Of a DNA stretch of 64,000 nt, positions 29,688 to 39,759 are shown in pieces. The notes beneath the pieces are model-generated. The model had not been told where the DNA came from. It searched no databases and saw only the letters and a list, made by a program, of their open reading frames with translations. The first letter of the stretch is position 1; the number at the start of each line of letters is the position of its first letter. Where the stretch lies: NCBI GenBank assembly GCA_964351995.1, contig CAYGQE010000028.1, positions 3,980-67,979 on the forward strand, read 5' to 3'. Origin of the DNA: an uncultured Acidimicrobiaceae bacterium. GTDB taxonomy: Bacteria; Actinomycetota; Acidimicrobiia; Acidimicrobiales; SZUA-35. A program made the translations under genes and the position numbers.

Positions 29688-30665
29688 ATGAAGTCGAGCG
29701 ATCCGATCAACGAAGCCAACGACGTCATGCCGGATGGGTTTGTGGCCAGAGTGCTCGAGCCGTCTCCCCCTGCAGTGGTCGACGAGTGGTTTGCCGACGA
29801 TCCCGTGAACGCGAGCGTTGGCGAGGGGGTCTGCGTGTCGCCAATTCCCGGTGCCGGTCGGTCGTGGTCAGACCTCGTAGGCGAGTATCCGGGTCTGGCC
29901 GACTTTGCTCGTGAACGTTGGCTCGGGCCGTACAAGACCATTCAGGCGACGCCCCCCGGGTATCAAGAAACGCTGGTCGCGCTTCATCGGTTGGCGATGG
30001 CCGCGATCGGACCGGCCCGACACCAAGCGAATGGCAAGTTCGGTCTGCGTTGGGTGCGTGGCGGGTTTGGCACGCCGTTCTTTGGAGACGAGGTTCAGAT
30101 TCGGGTGATTGGCGACGAGTTGGTGATCCAACGCGCGGGTGAGGTCACTTCGACCAAGATCACGTCGATCGCCGCCGCAGCTGAAACGTTCGGTTCCTCG
30201 GTTGATGTCTCGACGGCGACCGAAGGAGATTCACCTCCAATCGGCTCGATCGATGAGGCCTTGAACGTCGACCCGGCCCACGCCGCGTTCATCAGCGAAT
30301 GGTGGGGCCTGGGGACCGCAGCACTCGAAGCTGTGCGCAGTGACCCCTCCACGGTCAACCCTGGGCGGGTGCAGCTGTGGCCGGGCCACTTCGATGTCGG
30401 GGTCGAGTTCGGCGCTGAAGACGCCCGGGCGTCGTTCGGCGCCAGCCCCGGAGATCACAACGCCTCTGAGCCCTACCTCTATGTGTCGGCGTGGTGGTCA
30501 GACCGGCTCGACCTCGAGACTGCGGACTATTGGAACGCGACCGCCTTTGTGGGTGCCACGTTGTCAGCGTCAGAACTCGTTGGTGTCGCTGACCCGGTGA
30601 GCGCAGCCAGGGCGTTCTACACCGAGGGTCGTGATCGACTCGCAGCTGCGATCAAGGCATCGTGA
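29688..30665 (+). CDS. Hypothetical protein (DUF5996-like)
   Basis: QLWPGHFD..GASPGD..EPYLYVSAW motif; first gene of the cargo operon. Confidence 0.6.
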   Translation: MKSSDPINEANDVMPDGFVARVLEPSPPAVVDEWFADDPVNASVGEGVCVSPIPGAGRSWSDLVGEYPGLADFARERWLGPYKTIQATPPGYQETLVALHRLAMAAIGPARHQANGKFGLRWVRGGFGTPFFGDEVQIRVIGDELVIQRAGEVTSTKITSIAAAAETFGSSVDVSTATEGDSPPIGSIDEALNVDPAHAAFISEWWGLGTAALEAVRSDPSTVNPGRVQLWPGHFDVGVEFGAEDARASFGASPGDHNASEPYLYVSAWWSDRLDLETADYWNATAFVGATLSASELVGVADPVSAARAFYTEGRDRLAAAIKAS

Positions 30666-32629
30666 TGGCAGCCGACGACGACGCTGCTCCGGCCCCCACC
30701 GAGTGGCATCGCGTTGCAGATCTCGACGAAGTGCCCGAGGGTCGCGTCAAAACCGTGACAGTGGGACACACCTCCCTGTGCCTCAGCCACTTCGAAGGTG
30801 ACTACGGAGCACTTGCCAATGCATGTCCGCACCAGGGCGGACCTCTCGGTGAGGGCTCGATCGAGAATGGATGGCTGCGTTGCCCTTGGCACGGCTACGA
30901 CTACCACCCGATCACGGGCCAACCCCCTTCGGGGTTCTCTGATGCCCCGGCGTGCTTCGCTGCAGAAGAGCGCAGCGACGGGGTGTACGTCGAGGTGCCG
31001 GTGGAGATCTCACGAGGTCGAACCGTTTCCGACGTACTCGTCGAAACGATGACCAACTGGGGCGTACGCGCGGTGTTCGGCATGGTCGGCCATTCGAATC
31101 TCGGCTTCGCCGATGCCCTCCGCCATGCCGAAGAACGCAACGAACTTCGGTTCTTCGGGATTCGTCACGAAGGAGCGGCAGCGTTTGCTGCGGGGGCGTA
31201 CGGCAAGTTGACGGGTGAGCTTGCGGCATGTTTCGGCATCGCCGGCCCTGGCTCGACCAACCTCTTGACGGGGCTTTACGACGCCAAGGTCGACCGAGCA
31301 CCCGTGTTAGCCATCTCAGGTCAGGTGCCATCGGCCAGCCTCGGCCGAGGCGCCTTTCAGGATCTTGATCTCTCCGCTGCGTTCGCTGATGTTGCGGGCT
31401 ACTCACAGACGGTCCTGCCGGGCTCAGATCACGCAGAGCTGATGACGTTGGCATGCAAGCATGCGTTGCTCGACCGATCTGTTGGTCATCTGATTTTGCC
31501 GGACGAGGTGCAAGTCGCGCCCAGTGATGCCGAGGCCGGCGGTCCGCAGGGGCGGGTCGGAGTGTCCGCGAGTCCGCCCGACCCCGCCGTGGGTGCCGAG
31601 GCGGTACGGATGATCGCTTCGGCGGAACGGCCGCTGATCCTGGTTGGCAACGGGGCTCGCCACAAGATGGAGTCGATCGTCGAGTTGGCCGAGCGGCTGG
31701 GCGCTCCGGTAGCGACCACGTTCAAGGCCAAGGGGCTCATCTCAGATCACCACCCCCTTGGTTGTGGCGTGCTCGGCCGATCAGGCACACCGATTGCGTC
31801 GTGGTTCATGAACGAGAGCGACCTGATTCTCACGTTCGGAGTGTCGTTTTCGAATCACACCGGTGTCAGCGACTACAAGCCAATCATTCAGGTTGACTTC
31901 GATCCGCAAGCGCTTGGCCGATTCCACCCGGTCGAGCTTCCCGTTCTCGGTGAGGTCGAAGCCACCTGCAAGACATTGCTCGCTGATTTGGCCAGCATTG
32001 AAGTGGCAAGCACGGATCGAACTGAGGAAGTCGCCGCTCGTTGGGACTTGTGGCGCCAGGAAAAGGCAAGCAGAGCGAGCGACGATCTCGGGAAGGGCAT
32101 CAGTGCAGCGGCCTTGTTCGACGCGCTTGGCGATGCCGTTCCGGACAACGCAGTGATCGCCGTGGATGTCGGCAACAACGCCTACTCGTTCGGTCGCTAC
32201 TTCGAGTGCTCTCGCCAAGACGTGCTGATGAGTGGCTATTTGGGCAGCATCGGCTTTGCTCTCCCAGCGGCGATGGGAGCGTGGGCGGCGGTCGGTGATT
32301 CGCGCACGGTCGTTTCGGTGTCTGGCGACGGTGGCTTCGGTCAATACGCAATGGAGCTGACGACAGCGGTCAAGTACCAGATGAACCTCACCCATGTCGT
32401 GATCAACAACGCCGAGCTGGGCAAGATCTCCAAGGAGCAGCGGGCTGGATTGTTCGATGTGTGGCAGACGAGTTTGCACAACCCGAACTTTGCCGAGTTC
32501 GCCACGAACTGCGGAGCACTCGGTATCCGGGTCGACACCGCAGATCAGCTGCACGACGCCATTTCTGCGGCGTTGGCTCACCGCGGACCAGCCCTGGTCG
32601 AGGTGATGAGCGATGTCGATCTGCTCTGA
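30662..32629 (+). CDS. Rieske-fused thiamine pyrophosphate enzyme (pyruvate oxidase/ALS family)
   Basis: CPHQG..CPWHG, RHEGAAAF, GPGSTN and GDGG..NN TPP motif. Confidence 0.9.
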   Translation: MMAADDDAAPAPTEWHRVADLDEVPEGRVKTVTVGHTSLCLSHFEGDYGALANACPHQGGPLGEGSIENGWLRCPWHGYDYHPITGQPPSGFSDAPACFAAEERSDGVYVEVPVEISRGRTVSDVLVETMTNWGVRAVFGMVGHSNLGFADALRHAEERNELRFFGIRHEGAAAFAAGAYGKLTGELAACFGIAGPGSTNLLTGLYDAKVDRAPVLAISGQVPSASLGRGAFQDLDLSAAFADVAGYSQTVLPGSDHAELMTLACKHALLDRSVGHLILPDEVQVAPSDAEAGGPQGRVGVSASPPDPAVGAEAVRMIASAERPLILVGNGARHKMESIVELAERLGAPVATTFKAKGLISDHHPLGCGVLGRSGTPIASWFMNESDLILTFGVSFSNHTGVSDYKPIIQVDFDPQALGRFHPVELPVLGEVEATCKTLLADLASIEVASTDRTEEVAARWDLWRQEKASRASDDLGKGISAAALFDALGDAVPDNAVIAVDVGNNAYSFGRYFECSRQDVLMSGYLGSIGFALPAAMGAWAAVGDSRTVVSVSGDGGFGQYAMELTTAVKYQMNLTHVVINNAELGKISKEQRAGLFDVWQTSLHNPNFAEFATNCGALGIRVDTADQLHDAISAALAHRGPALVEVMSDVDLL

Positions 32630-32638
32630 TCACACCTC

Positions 32639-33904
32639 ATGACCCTCGGTGCGCTTGTTGTCATCGGCGTCTTCATCGTGGTGCTCGCACTGGTTGGCGA
32701 TCAGCTCGAGCGGTTGCCGATCACGCCCCCCATGTTGGCGGTCGCTGTTGGGCTGATGATCTCTGCAGTCGGAAGTCCTCAAGTCTCGATCACGCTCGGC
32801 AGCGAAGAAGTCCTGTTGATTGCCGAAGTCACGTTGATCGTGTTGCTCTTTTCCGACGCATCACGCATCAGCTGGGCGTCGCTGCGTGACACCGGCTCGC
32901 TGCCAGCACGCCTGCTGCTTGTCGGGTTGCCGCTCACCGCAGGTCTTGGAATTCTCGCTGTGGGCTCGATCAGCTCTGGCTTCACCTGGGCGCAGGCTGC
33001 GCTCGTGGCCGCCATTCTCACACCGACGGATGCGGCTCTCGGACAGGCCGTGGTCATGAGTCCGAGGGTCCCCGCTCGTATTCGCCACGCTCTGGAGGTC
33101 GAGTCGGGACTGAACGATGGTCTGATCGTCCCCGTAATCGGGATCATGGTTGCCCTCGTCGTCGGCTCGGGCATCGAGTCGAACAGCGGGGTACTCGTGG
33201 GAGCAATGGGTGACATCGGGCTTGGCGTGCTGCTCGGCGGACTCGGCGGGTACGTCTTCGGACGCATTGGTCGCTCGTCGATGCAGGTCGATGCAGCCCG
33301 TCTCCGCTTGGCAACGTTGGCTGCTTTGGCTGCGACGGTCGGTTTGGCCATCGCGGTCGGAGGGAACGGGTTCATCGCTGCGTTCGTGGCCGGTCTGGCG
33401 CTTCGCTCGGCCGCCGGCGAGTTGTGCGATCGGTGGCTCTCGTTTTCTGAGAACGTCGGTCAGCTCGGCGCGATCGTGGCGTTCGTGATGTTCGGAGCGA
33501 CGATGGTCGGCCCGGCACTTGATGTCTTGGACTGGCAGATGCTCCTGACCGCGTTCGTACTATTGACGGTCGCCCGGATGATTCCGGTGGCGGCTGCCCT
33601 GACCGGAAGTGGTGTGCGGCGCCCGACCGTTGCCTTCATTGGTTGGTTCGGGCCGCGAGGCCTTGCATCGATGTTGTTCGCCCTGGCGCTCAGCCATGAA
33701 GACCTGATGGTCAGAGATACGACAGTGATCGCAACGGTCACGATCACTGTTCTGGCTTCGGTCATCCTGCACGGCATGACCGCAGCACCGCTCGCTCGTC
33801 TGTACGGCAACTGGCTCGATGGTCACCCGAAGAGGGGCGACCTTCGCGAGCACTTCGACGTCAGGCCCCAGCGCGCTCGCCCGAGCATCGCCGCCGACTC
33901 CTGA
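32639..33904 (+). CDS. Cation:proton antiporter (CPA1/NhaP-like)
   Basis: PTDAAL, ESGLNDG and WFGPRGLAS. Confidence 0.9.
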   Translation: MTLGALVVIGVFIVVLALVGDQLERLPITPPMLAVAVGLMISAVGSPQVSITLGSEEVLLIAEVTLIVLLFSDASRISWASLRDTGSLPARLLLVGLPLTAGLGILAVGSISSGFTWAQAALVAAILTPTDAALGQAVVMSPRVPARIRHALEVESGLNDGLIVPVIGIMVALVVGSGIESNSGVLVGAMGDIGLGVLLGGLGGYVFGRIGRSSMQVDAARLRLATLAALAATVGLAIAVGGNGFIAAFVAGLALRSAAGELCDRWLSFSENVGQLGAIVAFVMFGATMVGPALDVLDWQMLLTAFVLLTVARMIPVAAALTGSGVRRPTVAFIGWFGPRGLASMLFALALSHEDLMVRDTTVIATVTITVLASVILHGMTAAPLARLYGNWLDGHPKRGDLREHFDVRPQRARPSIAADS

Positions 33905-33929
33905 TCTTCACCACCTGAAAGGCACCAAC

Positions 33930-35540
33930 ATGCAGCCAATTTCGATTGCCACCTGGAGCGAGCTTCCGAACCGAGAGCCGCAGGGTGCGCTTGTCGGCAA
34001 TGTCGATCTTGTGATCGTGCGCTACGAAGACAACCACTCGGTTCTGTTCGGGCGCTGTCTTCACCGTGGCGCTCTCATGGCCGACGGCAGCCTCAGCGGC
34101 GACGATCTCATCTGTGGGCTGCACGGTTGGGACTACGGCATCAAGACCGGTATCAGCGCGTACAACAACGCCGAAGTGCTGGAGAAGTTCTCGAGTTGGA
34201 TCGAAGACAACCAGCTGATGGTTGACGCCGACGAGATCGGTGCATGGGAACAAAAGCACCCCCAGCCGTACAACCGCGACGCCTACCAGGGCGCCTATCA
34301 AGACGTGCACGGCGCGCCGGAAGAGCCGCATGTTGGGCTCATTCGAAACCTGGCCAAGGACGGGCTGACCAAGACCGGCCACCACGGTCCGACCACCTCG
34401 ATGGGGGTGGCTCGTGATCAGTTACCGCTGTGGGACGACATTCAGTTCGTCACCGCCCAGGTGGCGACTCGCCCGCTGCTCGATGAAGAGCCGGTCAGCT
34501 CCACGACCATCATCGGGCCCAACGCCGCACGCCCACTGGAGCTCGATCGTCCGCTGTTCGTTTCCGATATGAGCTTCGGTGCGCTGTCTGAAGAGGCCAA
34601 GGTCGCCCTGGCCCTCGGCGCAGACCAGGCGGGCACCGGTATCTGCAGCGGTGAGGGCGGCATGTTGCCAGAGGAGCAGGTGGCGAACAGTCGCTACTTC
34701 TACGAGCTGGCCTCGGGCCGTTTCGGTTGGGAGATCGAAAAGGTCGAGAAGGTCCAGGCCTTTCACTTCAAGTTTGGCCAGGGGGCGAAGACGGGCACCG
34801 GTGGTCACCTGCCTGGCAACAAGGTCCAGGGCAAAATTGCCGAGGTTCGAGGCCTCGAAGAGGGCGAGCCGGCGATCAGTCCGGCGACCTTCCCCGACCT
34901 CGTCACGATCGAGGACTACCAGACCCTTGCGGCGGAGGTCCGCGAAGCCTCCGGTGGTATCCCGATTGGGGCGAAGCTCAGCGCCCAGCACATCGAGTCC
35001 GATCTTGACGCTGCGCTTGCGATCGGCGTCGATTACGTGATTCTCGATGGTCGTGGAGGTGGCACCGGTGCTGCGCCGGTGATCTTCCGCGACAACATCA
35101 GCGTGCCAACGATTCCGGCGCTCGCTCGGGCTCGACGTTATCTCGACTCACTCGGTCGGGGCGACGTCACGCTCGTGATAACTGGCGGCCTTCGAACCCC
35201 GTGGGACTTTGCCAAGGCCCTTGCACTCGGCGCCGATGCGGTGGCTGTTTCCAATGCGGCGATGCAGGCCATTGGTTGCATTGGTATGCGGGCGTGTAAC
35301 TCGAACAATTGCCCGGTCGGCATTGCGACCCAGCAGCTGCACCTTCGTGAGCGGTTGCCGGTGCAGGATGCCGCCGATCGACTCGAGCGCTTTTTCCGGT
35401 CAAGCACTGAGTTGATGGAAGTGCTGGCTCGGGCATGTGGTCACCGCTCGCTCGATCAATTCAGCATCGACGATCTCACCACGTTCGACCGAGAGATGCA
35501 TCACCTCACCGGTGTCGCCTACGGCGGCATCCAGGCGTAG
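33930..35540 (+). CDS. Rieske-fused FMN glutamate synthase-domain protein, copy 2
   Basis: Same motifs and length (536 aa) as 6691-8301. Confidence 0.9.
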   Translation: MQPISIATWSELPNREPQGALVGNVDLVIVRYEDNHSVLFGRCLHRGALMADGSLSGDDLICGLHGWDYGIKTGISAYNNAEVLEKFSSWIEDNQLMVDADEIGAWEQKHPQPYNRDAYQGAYQDVHGAPEEPHVGLIRNLAKDGLTKTGHHGPTTSMGVARDQLPLWDDIQFVTAQVATRPLLDEEPVSSTTIIGPNAARPLELDRPLFVSDMSFGALSEEAKVALALGADQAGTGICSGEGGMLPEEQVANSRYFYELASGRFGWEIEKVEKVQAFHFKFGQGAKTGTGGHLPGNKVQGKIAEVRGLEEGEPAISPATFPDLVTIEDYQTLAAEVREASGGIPIGAKLSAQHIESDLDAALAIGVDYVILDGRGGGTGAAPVIFRDNISVPTIPALARARRYLDSLGRGDVTLVITGGLRTPWDFAKALALGADAVAVSNAAMQAIGCIGMRACNSNNCPVGIATQQLHLRERLPVQDAADRLERFFRSSTELMEVLARACGHRSLDQFSIDDLTTFDREMHHLTGVAYGGIQA

Positions 35541-35552
35541 GAAGGCCTTCGC

Positions 35553-36404
35553 ATGACCGTCAACGACGTGAGGGCAGAGCAGATCATCGCCACGATCGTC
35601 CTGGCGATCGTGTTGTTCGTGATTCGGTGGCTTCTGCTGCGGGTGGCCACCCGACAGATGGTGGACACGGTCACGCTGTACCGGGTGCGCAAGTCAGCCA
35701 CGTACGGCGTCACGCTGGCGTTTGCCGTGGCAACAGCCCGGATCTGGTCCGGCGCCTTCGACGACCTCGGAACGTTCCTCGGGCTGCTCAGCGCCGGTGT
35801 CGCGATCGCTCTCGCCGACGTCTTCTTGAACCTCGCCGGATGGTTCTACATCGTCACCCGACACCCGTTCCGCATCGGCGACCGCATCGAGATCGGATCG
35901 CACGCAGGCGACGTGGTCGACATTCGAGTGCTTCGGTTCACATTGATGGAAATCCAGAATTGGGTGGGAGGTGACCAGCCAACGGGAAGGCTCGTCCATG
36001 TACCGACCGGACGGCTCTTTCGCGACGCGATGGCGAACTACACCGAGACCTTCAACCACATCTGGCACGAAATCCCGATCGTGATCACGTTCGAATCAGA
36101 TCGTCGCTTGGCTGAACGGCGTGTCCACGAGGTGCTCAGCTCGATCCAAACTCCGGCTGAGGCTCGTCACACCCAAGCCGACTTCGCTGCCGCAGCCAGT
36201 CACTACGTGATCCCTGTGACCGACTTCACGCCAACTGTCTATGTTGATGCGGTTGACCACGGCGTTCGGCTGACCGCCCGCTTCGTCATTCACCCTCGCG
36301 ATCGACGCAAGGTCGATGACCAGGTCTGGCGAGACCTGCTCGACGCGTTCGAAGCGGAGAGCGCCGTCGACTTCGCGTACCCAACAATTCGGCGAGTCGT
36401 GTAA
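35553..36404 (+). CDS. Small-conductance mechanosensitive channel (MscS family)
   Basis: PFRIGDRIEIG..GDVVDI and terminal FAYPT. Confidence 0.9.
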   Translation: MTVNDVRAEQIIATIVLAIVLFVIRWLLLRVATRQMVDTVTLYRVRKSATYGVTLAFAVATARIWSGAFDDLGTFLGLLSAGVAIALADVFLNLAGWFYIVTRHPFRIGDRIEIGSHAGDVVDIRVLRFTLMEIQNWVGGDQPTGRLVHVPTGRLFRDAMANYTETFNHIWHEIPIVITFESDRRLAERRVHEVLSSIQTPAEARHTQADFAAAASHYVIPVTDFTPTVYVDAVDHGVRLTARFVIHPRDRRKVDDQVWRDLLDAFEAESAVDFAYPTIRRVV

Positions 36405-36484
36405 CGAATCGAGCAGTTGTGAGACCAAGTACCAGGGGCGGCACCGAAGCGGCCCGATGATCTCGTCTGAAGGAACTCGCTCCC

Positions 36485-37153
36485 ATGAATCTCTCGTCGT
36501 TGTGGACCTCTCTCCGGTCGCGCTGGAAGATCTCACTGCCGTTGGCAGTCGCTGGCACCGCAGTGCTTGCTTGGCTTGCATTCGGGGTCTTCGCAATCCA
36601 GACGCTTTTCATCGAAGAGCGAGTCGACGAGGCTCTGCCGGCCTTCTCCGCCGGTCCCGGGGCTTCAGGTCTTCCGAGCGACGTCATCAGCGAAGACCTC
36701 GCCAGCGACATGAACGAGGAAATGGCGAACGATGGGGTTCCGAGCCGCAACGAGATCGACGAACCGATGCCAGCAACGATGACCGTCGAGGAGTCCACTG
36801 AGCCCGCCGTCATCACGGTGGTTGAGGGTTTGTTCATCGACCGTAGCCATCCCACCTCGGGGCGAGCCTTCGTGCTCAACGATGGATCCGAGCAGCGGTT
36901 CTTGAGGTTCGAGGACTTCGAGACCGACAACGGCCCTGATCTGAACGTCTACCTCTCCTCCGCGCCCGCTGACGCACCAGCAGGGGATCTCGGAGCCGAC
37001 TTCATCGACCTTGGCGATCTGAAGGGGAACATCGGCCCACAAAACTACGAGATCCCGGTTGATGTCGATCTCGATGAGTATCCGACCGTGGTGGTGTGGT
37101 GCGTGCGGTTCGATGTGGTCTTCGGCGCTGCAGACCTCGCTACAGCGAGCTGA
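36485..37153 (+). CDS. Membrane-anchored DM13 domain protein
   Basis: HPTSG, NGPDLNVYLS, LKGNIGPQNY and VWC..F..FGAA. Confidence 0.88.
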   Translation: MNLSSLWTSLRSRWKISLPLAVAGTAVLAWLAFGVFAIQTLFIEERVDEALPAFSAGPGASGLPSDVISEDLASDMNEEMANDGVPSRNEIDEPMPATMTVEESTEPAVITVVEGLFIDRSHPTSGRAFVLNDGSEQRFLRFEDFETDNGPDLNVYLSSAPADAPAGDLGADFIDLGDLKGNIGPQNYEIPVDVDLDEYPTVVVWCVRFDVVFGAADLATAS

Positions 37154-37154
37154 C

Positions 37155-38501
37155 ATGCCCACTTCCGCCCTCCACGACCTGGACGCTGACGTGAGCTGTG
37201 CGCTTCGCTTGCGATTCGAGGCGGTGCGAGCGTGCACCGAGCAACTCGCCGCACCGCTGACCGCCGAAGACCAGATGATTCAGTCGATGCCCGACACGAG
37301 TCCGACGAAATGGCATCGAGCACACACGACGTGGTTCTTCGCCGAGTTCGCACTGGAGGCCGATGGCACCAGCGGTCTCCCATGGGACCGCCCTGAGTAT
37401 CGCTTTCTCTACAACAGCTACTACGACGCCGTTGGTGCCCGGCACCCTCGCCCGAGTCGAGGGATGGTCAGTCGCCCGACACTCGCAGAGGTCTCGTTCT
37501 ATCGAGCGGCCGTCGACGAGGCAGTCCTCGGCAAGCTTGCCGATATCGACAGTCTTCCCGTCGATCAAGCTCGGAAGTTTCTGGACATCGTGCTACTTGG
37601 CACACACCACGAGCAGCAACACCAAGAGCTGTTGTTGATGGACATCAAGCACGCATTGTCGCTCAACCCCGCCGTTGCACCGGCCTACATTGCACGTGAG
37701 ACGACGCCAGCGATCGACTCCGGTCCGATGGGTTGGAAAGACTTCGACGGAGGCCTGGTCGAGATCGGTACCTCACCAGAGGTCGACCAGTTCAGCTGGG
37801 ACAACGAATCTTCTCGGCACGAAGTTCGTCTCTACGACTTCGCATTGGCTGATCGCCTGGTGACCACCGTCGAATGGGAAGCGTTCATCGACGATGGTGG
37901 CTATCGGCGACCCGAACTCTGGAAGTCGGACGGGTGGTATCGGGCTCAGTCGCAGCAGTGGGAGGCCCCCGAGTACTGGCACCGGGATCTGGACAACCCA
38001 GAGAGTTGGCTTCACCACACGCTCAGCGGCGTCCGACCGCTCGACCCCTTCGAACCGGTCGTGCATGTCTCGCACTACGAAGCCGACGCATTCGCCGCTT
38101 GGGCCGGCGCCCGATTGCCGACCGAGTTCGAGTGGGAACACGCAGCGAGCCTTTCGGGGGGCATGAAGAACCATGAGCTCGGCGGCACCGTCGGCCAGCG
38201 CGACGCCAACTTCCACCCGGCCGGAGCTGGCCCAGTGAACGGCGAGCTACGACAGATGTTCGGCGACTGCTGGGAATGGACGTCCTCGGCGTACCAGCCG
38301 TACCCCGGGTTCGAGATTCCGGCCGGGGCGATTGGCGAATACAACGGCAAGTTCATGTCAGGCCAGCAGGTGCTTCGCGGTGGCTCGGTGCTCACGCCGC
38401 CCGGCCACACCCGCACGACCTACCGCAACTTCTTCCATCCGCACACCCGTTGGCACGCCTCTGGCGTTCGCCTTGCGGTCGATGACAGGACTTCTCGATG
38501 A
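37155..38501 (+). CDS. egtB: Ergothioneine sulfoxide synthase
   Basis: SPTKWHRAHTTWFF, NSYY, HHEQQHQE, RLPTEFEWE, EYNGKFM and YRNFF. Confidence 0.93.
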   Translation: MPTSALHDLDADVSCALRLRFEAVRACTEQLAAPLTAEDQMIQSMPDTSPTKWHRAHTTWFFAEFALEADGTSGLPWDRPEYRFLYNSYYDAVGARHPRPSRGMVSRPTLAEVSFYRAAVDEAVLGKLADIDSLPVDQARKFLDIVLLGTHHEQQHQELLLMDIKHALSLNPAVAPAYIARETTPAIDSGPMGWKDFDGGLVEIGTSPEVDQFSWDNESSRHEVRLYDFALADRLVTTVEWEAFIDDGGYRRPELWKSDGWYRAQSQQWEAPEYWHRDLDNPESWLHHTLSGVRPLDPFEPVVHVSHYEADAFAAWAGARLPTEFEWEHAASLSGGMKNHELGGTVGQRDANFHPAGAGPVNGELRQMFGDCWEWTSSAYQPYPGFEIPAGAIGEYNGKFMSGQQVLRGGSVLTPPGHTRTTYRNFFHPHTRWHASGVRLAVDDRTSR

Positions 38502-39460
38502 ATTCGCACGCTGACCCGACCGATCAATCTGCGTCGTCGGCTCAGGCCGAACTCCGGCGAAGTCTGGGCGCCCACCCTCGACGCGTTCCTCCCCGTTGGT
38601 TGTACGACGATCGGGGGAGTGAGCTCTTCGATCAGATCACGCGGTTGCCGGAGTACTACCAAACCGAGGCTGAGCGCCAGATTCTGTTGGACCATGCCGC
38701 GATCATCGCCAAACGAACGGCGGCCTCGACGGTGGTCGAGCTCGGCTCTGGCACCAGCGACAAGACTTGCACGTTGCTCGATGCGTTTGTCGCTCATGGC
38801 ACCATCGAGCGGTTCGTCCCCCTCGATGTGAGCGCCGAGACACTTCACGCGGCGGGCGAGATGCTCCGTCGTCGATACCCGGGGTTGGTGGTCGAGCCGC
38901 TCGTGGGCGACTTCAACCTGGACCTCCATCGGTTGCCCGCAGGCGGAACGCGGCTCGTTGCCTTGCTTGGCGGCACCATCGGCAACTTTTACGTCGAGGA
39001 GCGATTGGGGTTTCTCGGGGCACTTAACAGTGTGTTGGAGCCGGGCGATTGGTTACTTCTCGGCTTCGATCTGATGAAGTCTGTCGATCGTCTGCTTGCT
39101 GCATACGACGACTCGGCGGGAGTGACAGCTGCGTTCATTCGCAACGCACTCGATGTCATCAACCGCGAGGTCGGCGGCGATTTCGATGCTGGAAACTTTT
39201 CCTATGTCCCGCTCTGGGACAGATGTGAGCAGCGAATCGACATGCGGCTTCGAGCCAACGAGCCCGAACAAGTTCGACTCGAGGGCCTGGACATCGATCT
39301 GGCGCTCGAGGCCGGTGAGGAACTCCAGATCGAGATCTCAGCGAAGTTCGAACCGACCGACCTCATCTCAGAATTGACCGAGGCCGGGTTCGGCGGCGGC
39401 GAGGTCTTCATTGACGACGGAAACGACTTCGGCCTGGTGCTGGCACAACGTGCGTTTTGA
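38498..39460 (+). CDS. egtD: Histidine N-alpha-trimethylase
   Basis: YDDRGSELF..ITRLPEYY, ELGSG, GTIGN, AYDD..GVTAAF and EISAKF. Confidence 0.93.
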   Translation: MNSHADPTDQSASSAQAELRRSLGAHPRRVPPRWLYDDRGSELFDQITRLPEYYQTEAERQILLDHAAIIAKRTAASTVVELGSGTSDKTCTLLDAFVAHGTIERFVPLDVSAETLHAAGEMLRRRYPGLVVEPLVGDFNLDLHRLPAGGTRLVALLGGTIGNFYVEERLGFLGALNSVLEPGDWLLLGFDLMKSVDRLLAAYDDSAGVTAAFIRNALDVINREVGGDFDAGNFSYVPLWDRCEQRIDMRLRANEPEQVRLEGLDIDLALEAGEELQIEISAKFEPTDLISELTEAGFGGGEVFIDDGNDFGLVLAQRAF

Positions 39461-39462
39461 GC

Positions 39463-39759
39463 TCAGGCCTGTCGCTCGGTGAACAGAGTGAGTAGCTCGT
39501 CGAAGTTGCCGGGAAGCTCGATGCTGGGCCGGTCGGCGTCACTACCCCCACGCTCGGACTGCGTTGCGGAACGGTCGCCAACAAGTGTGACGGTCATCTT
39601 GATCTGATCGATGTAGACCGAACAGGCTTCGCAGTCCTCGACGTGATGGTCGAATCGTTCGAGATCCTCCGGCGACAGGGCACCGTCGAGGTAGTCGGTG
39701 ACGATTTCGACCAGATCAACGCAATGGATGTCGACGTAGAACGCCTCGAGATCACTCAC
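39463..39759 (-). CDS. Zinc-binding anti-sigma factor (zf-HC2)
   Basis: C..VTDYLDG..HVEDCEAC; overlaps the sigma gene. Confidence 0.85.
   Translation of the reverse strand: MSDLEAFYVDIHCVDLVEIVTDYLDGALSPEDLERFDHHVEDCEACSVYIDQIKMTVTLVGDRSATQSERGGSDADRPSIELPGNFDELLTLFTERQA

Noticed and set aside
33930-35540. Duplicate gene as a simple assembly duplication
   Set aside because: Numerous synonymous differences and different flanks argue for two real alleles, although strain chimerism is not excluded.
37155-38501. Selenoneine (senA) cluster
   Set aside because: No SenB glycosyltransferase or SelD/SenC nearby; paired with egtD.
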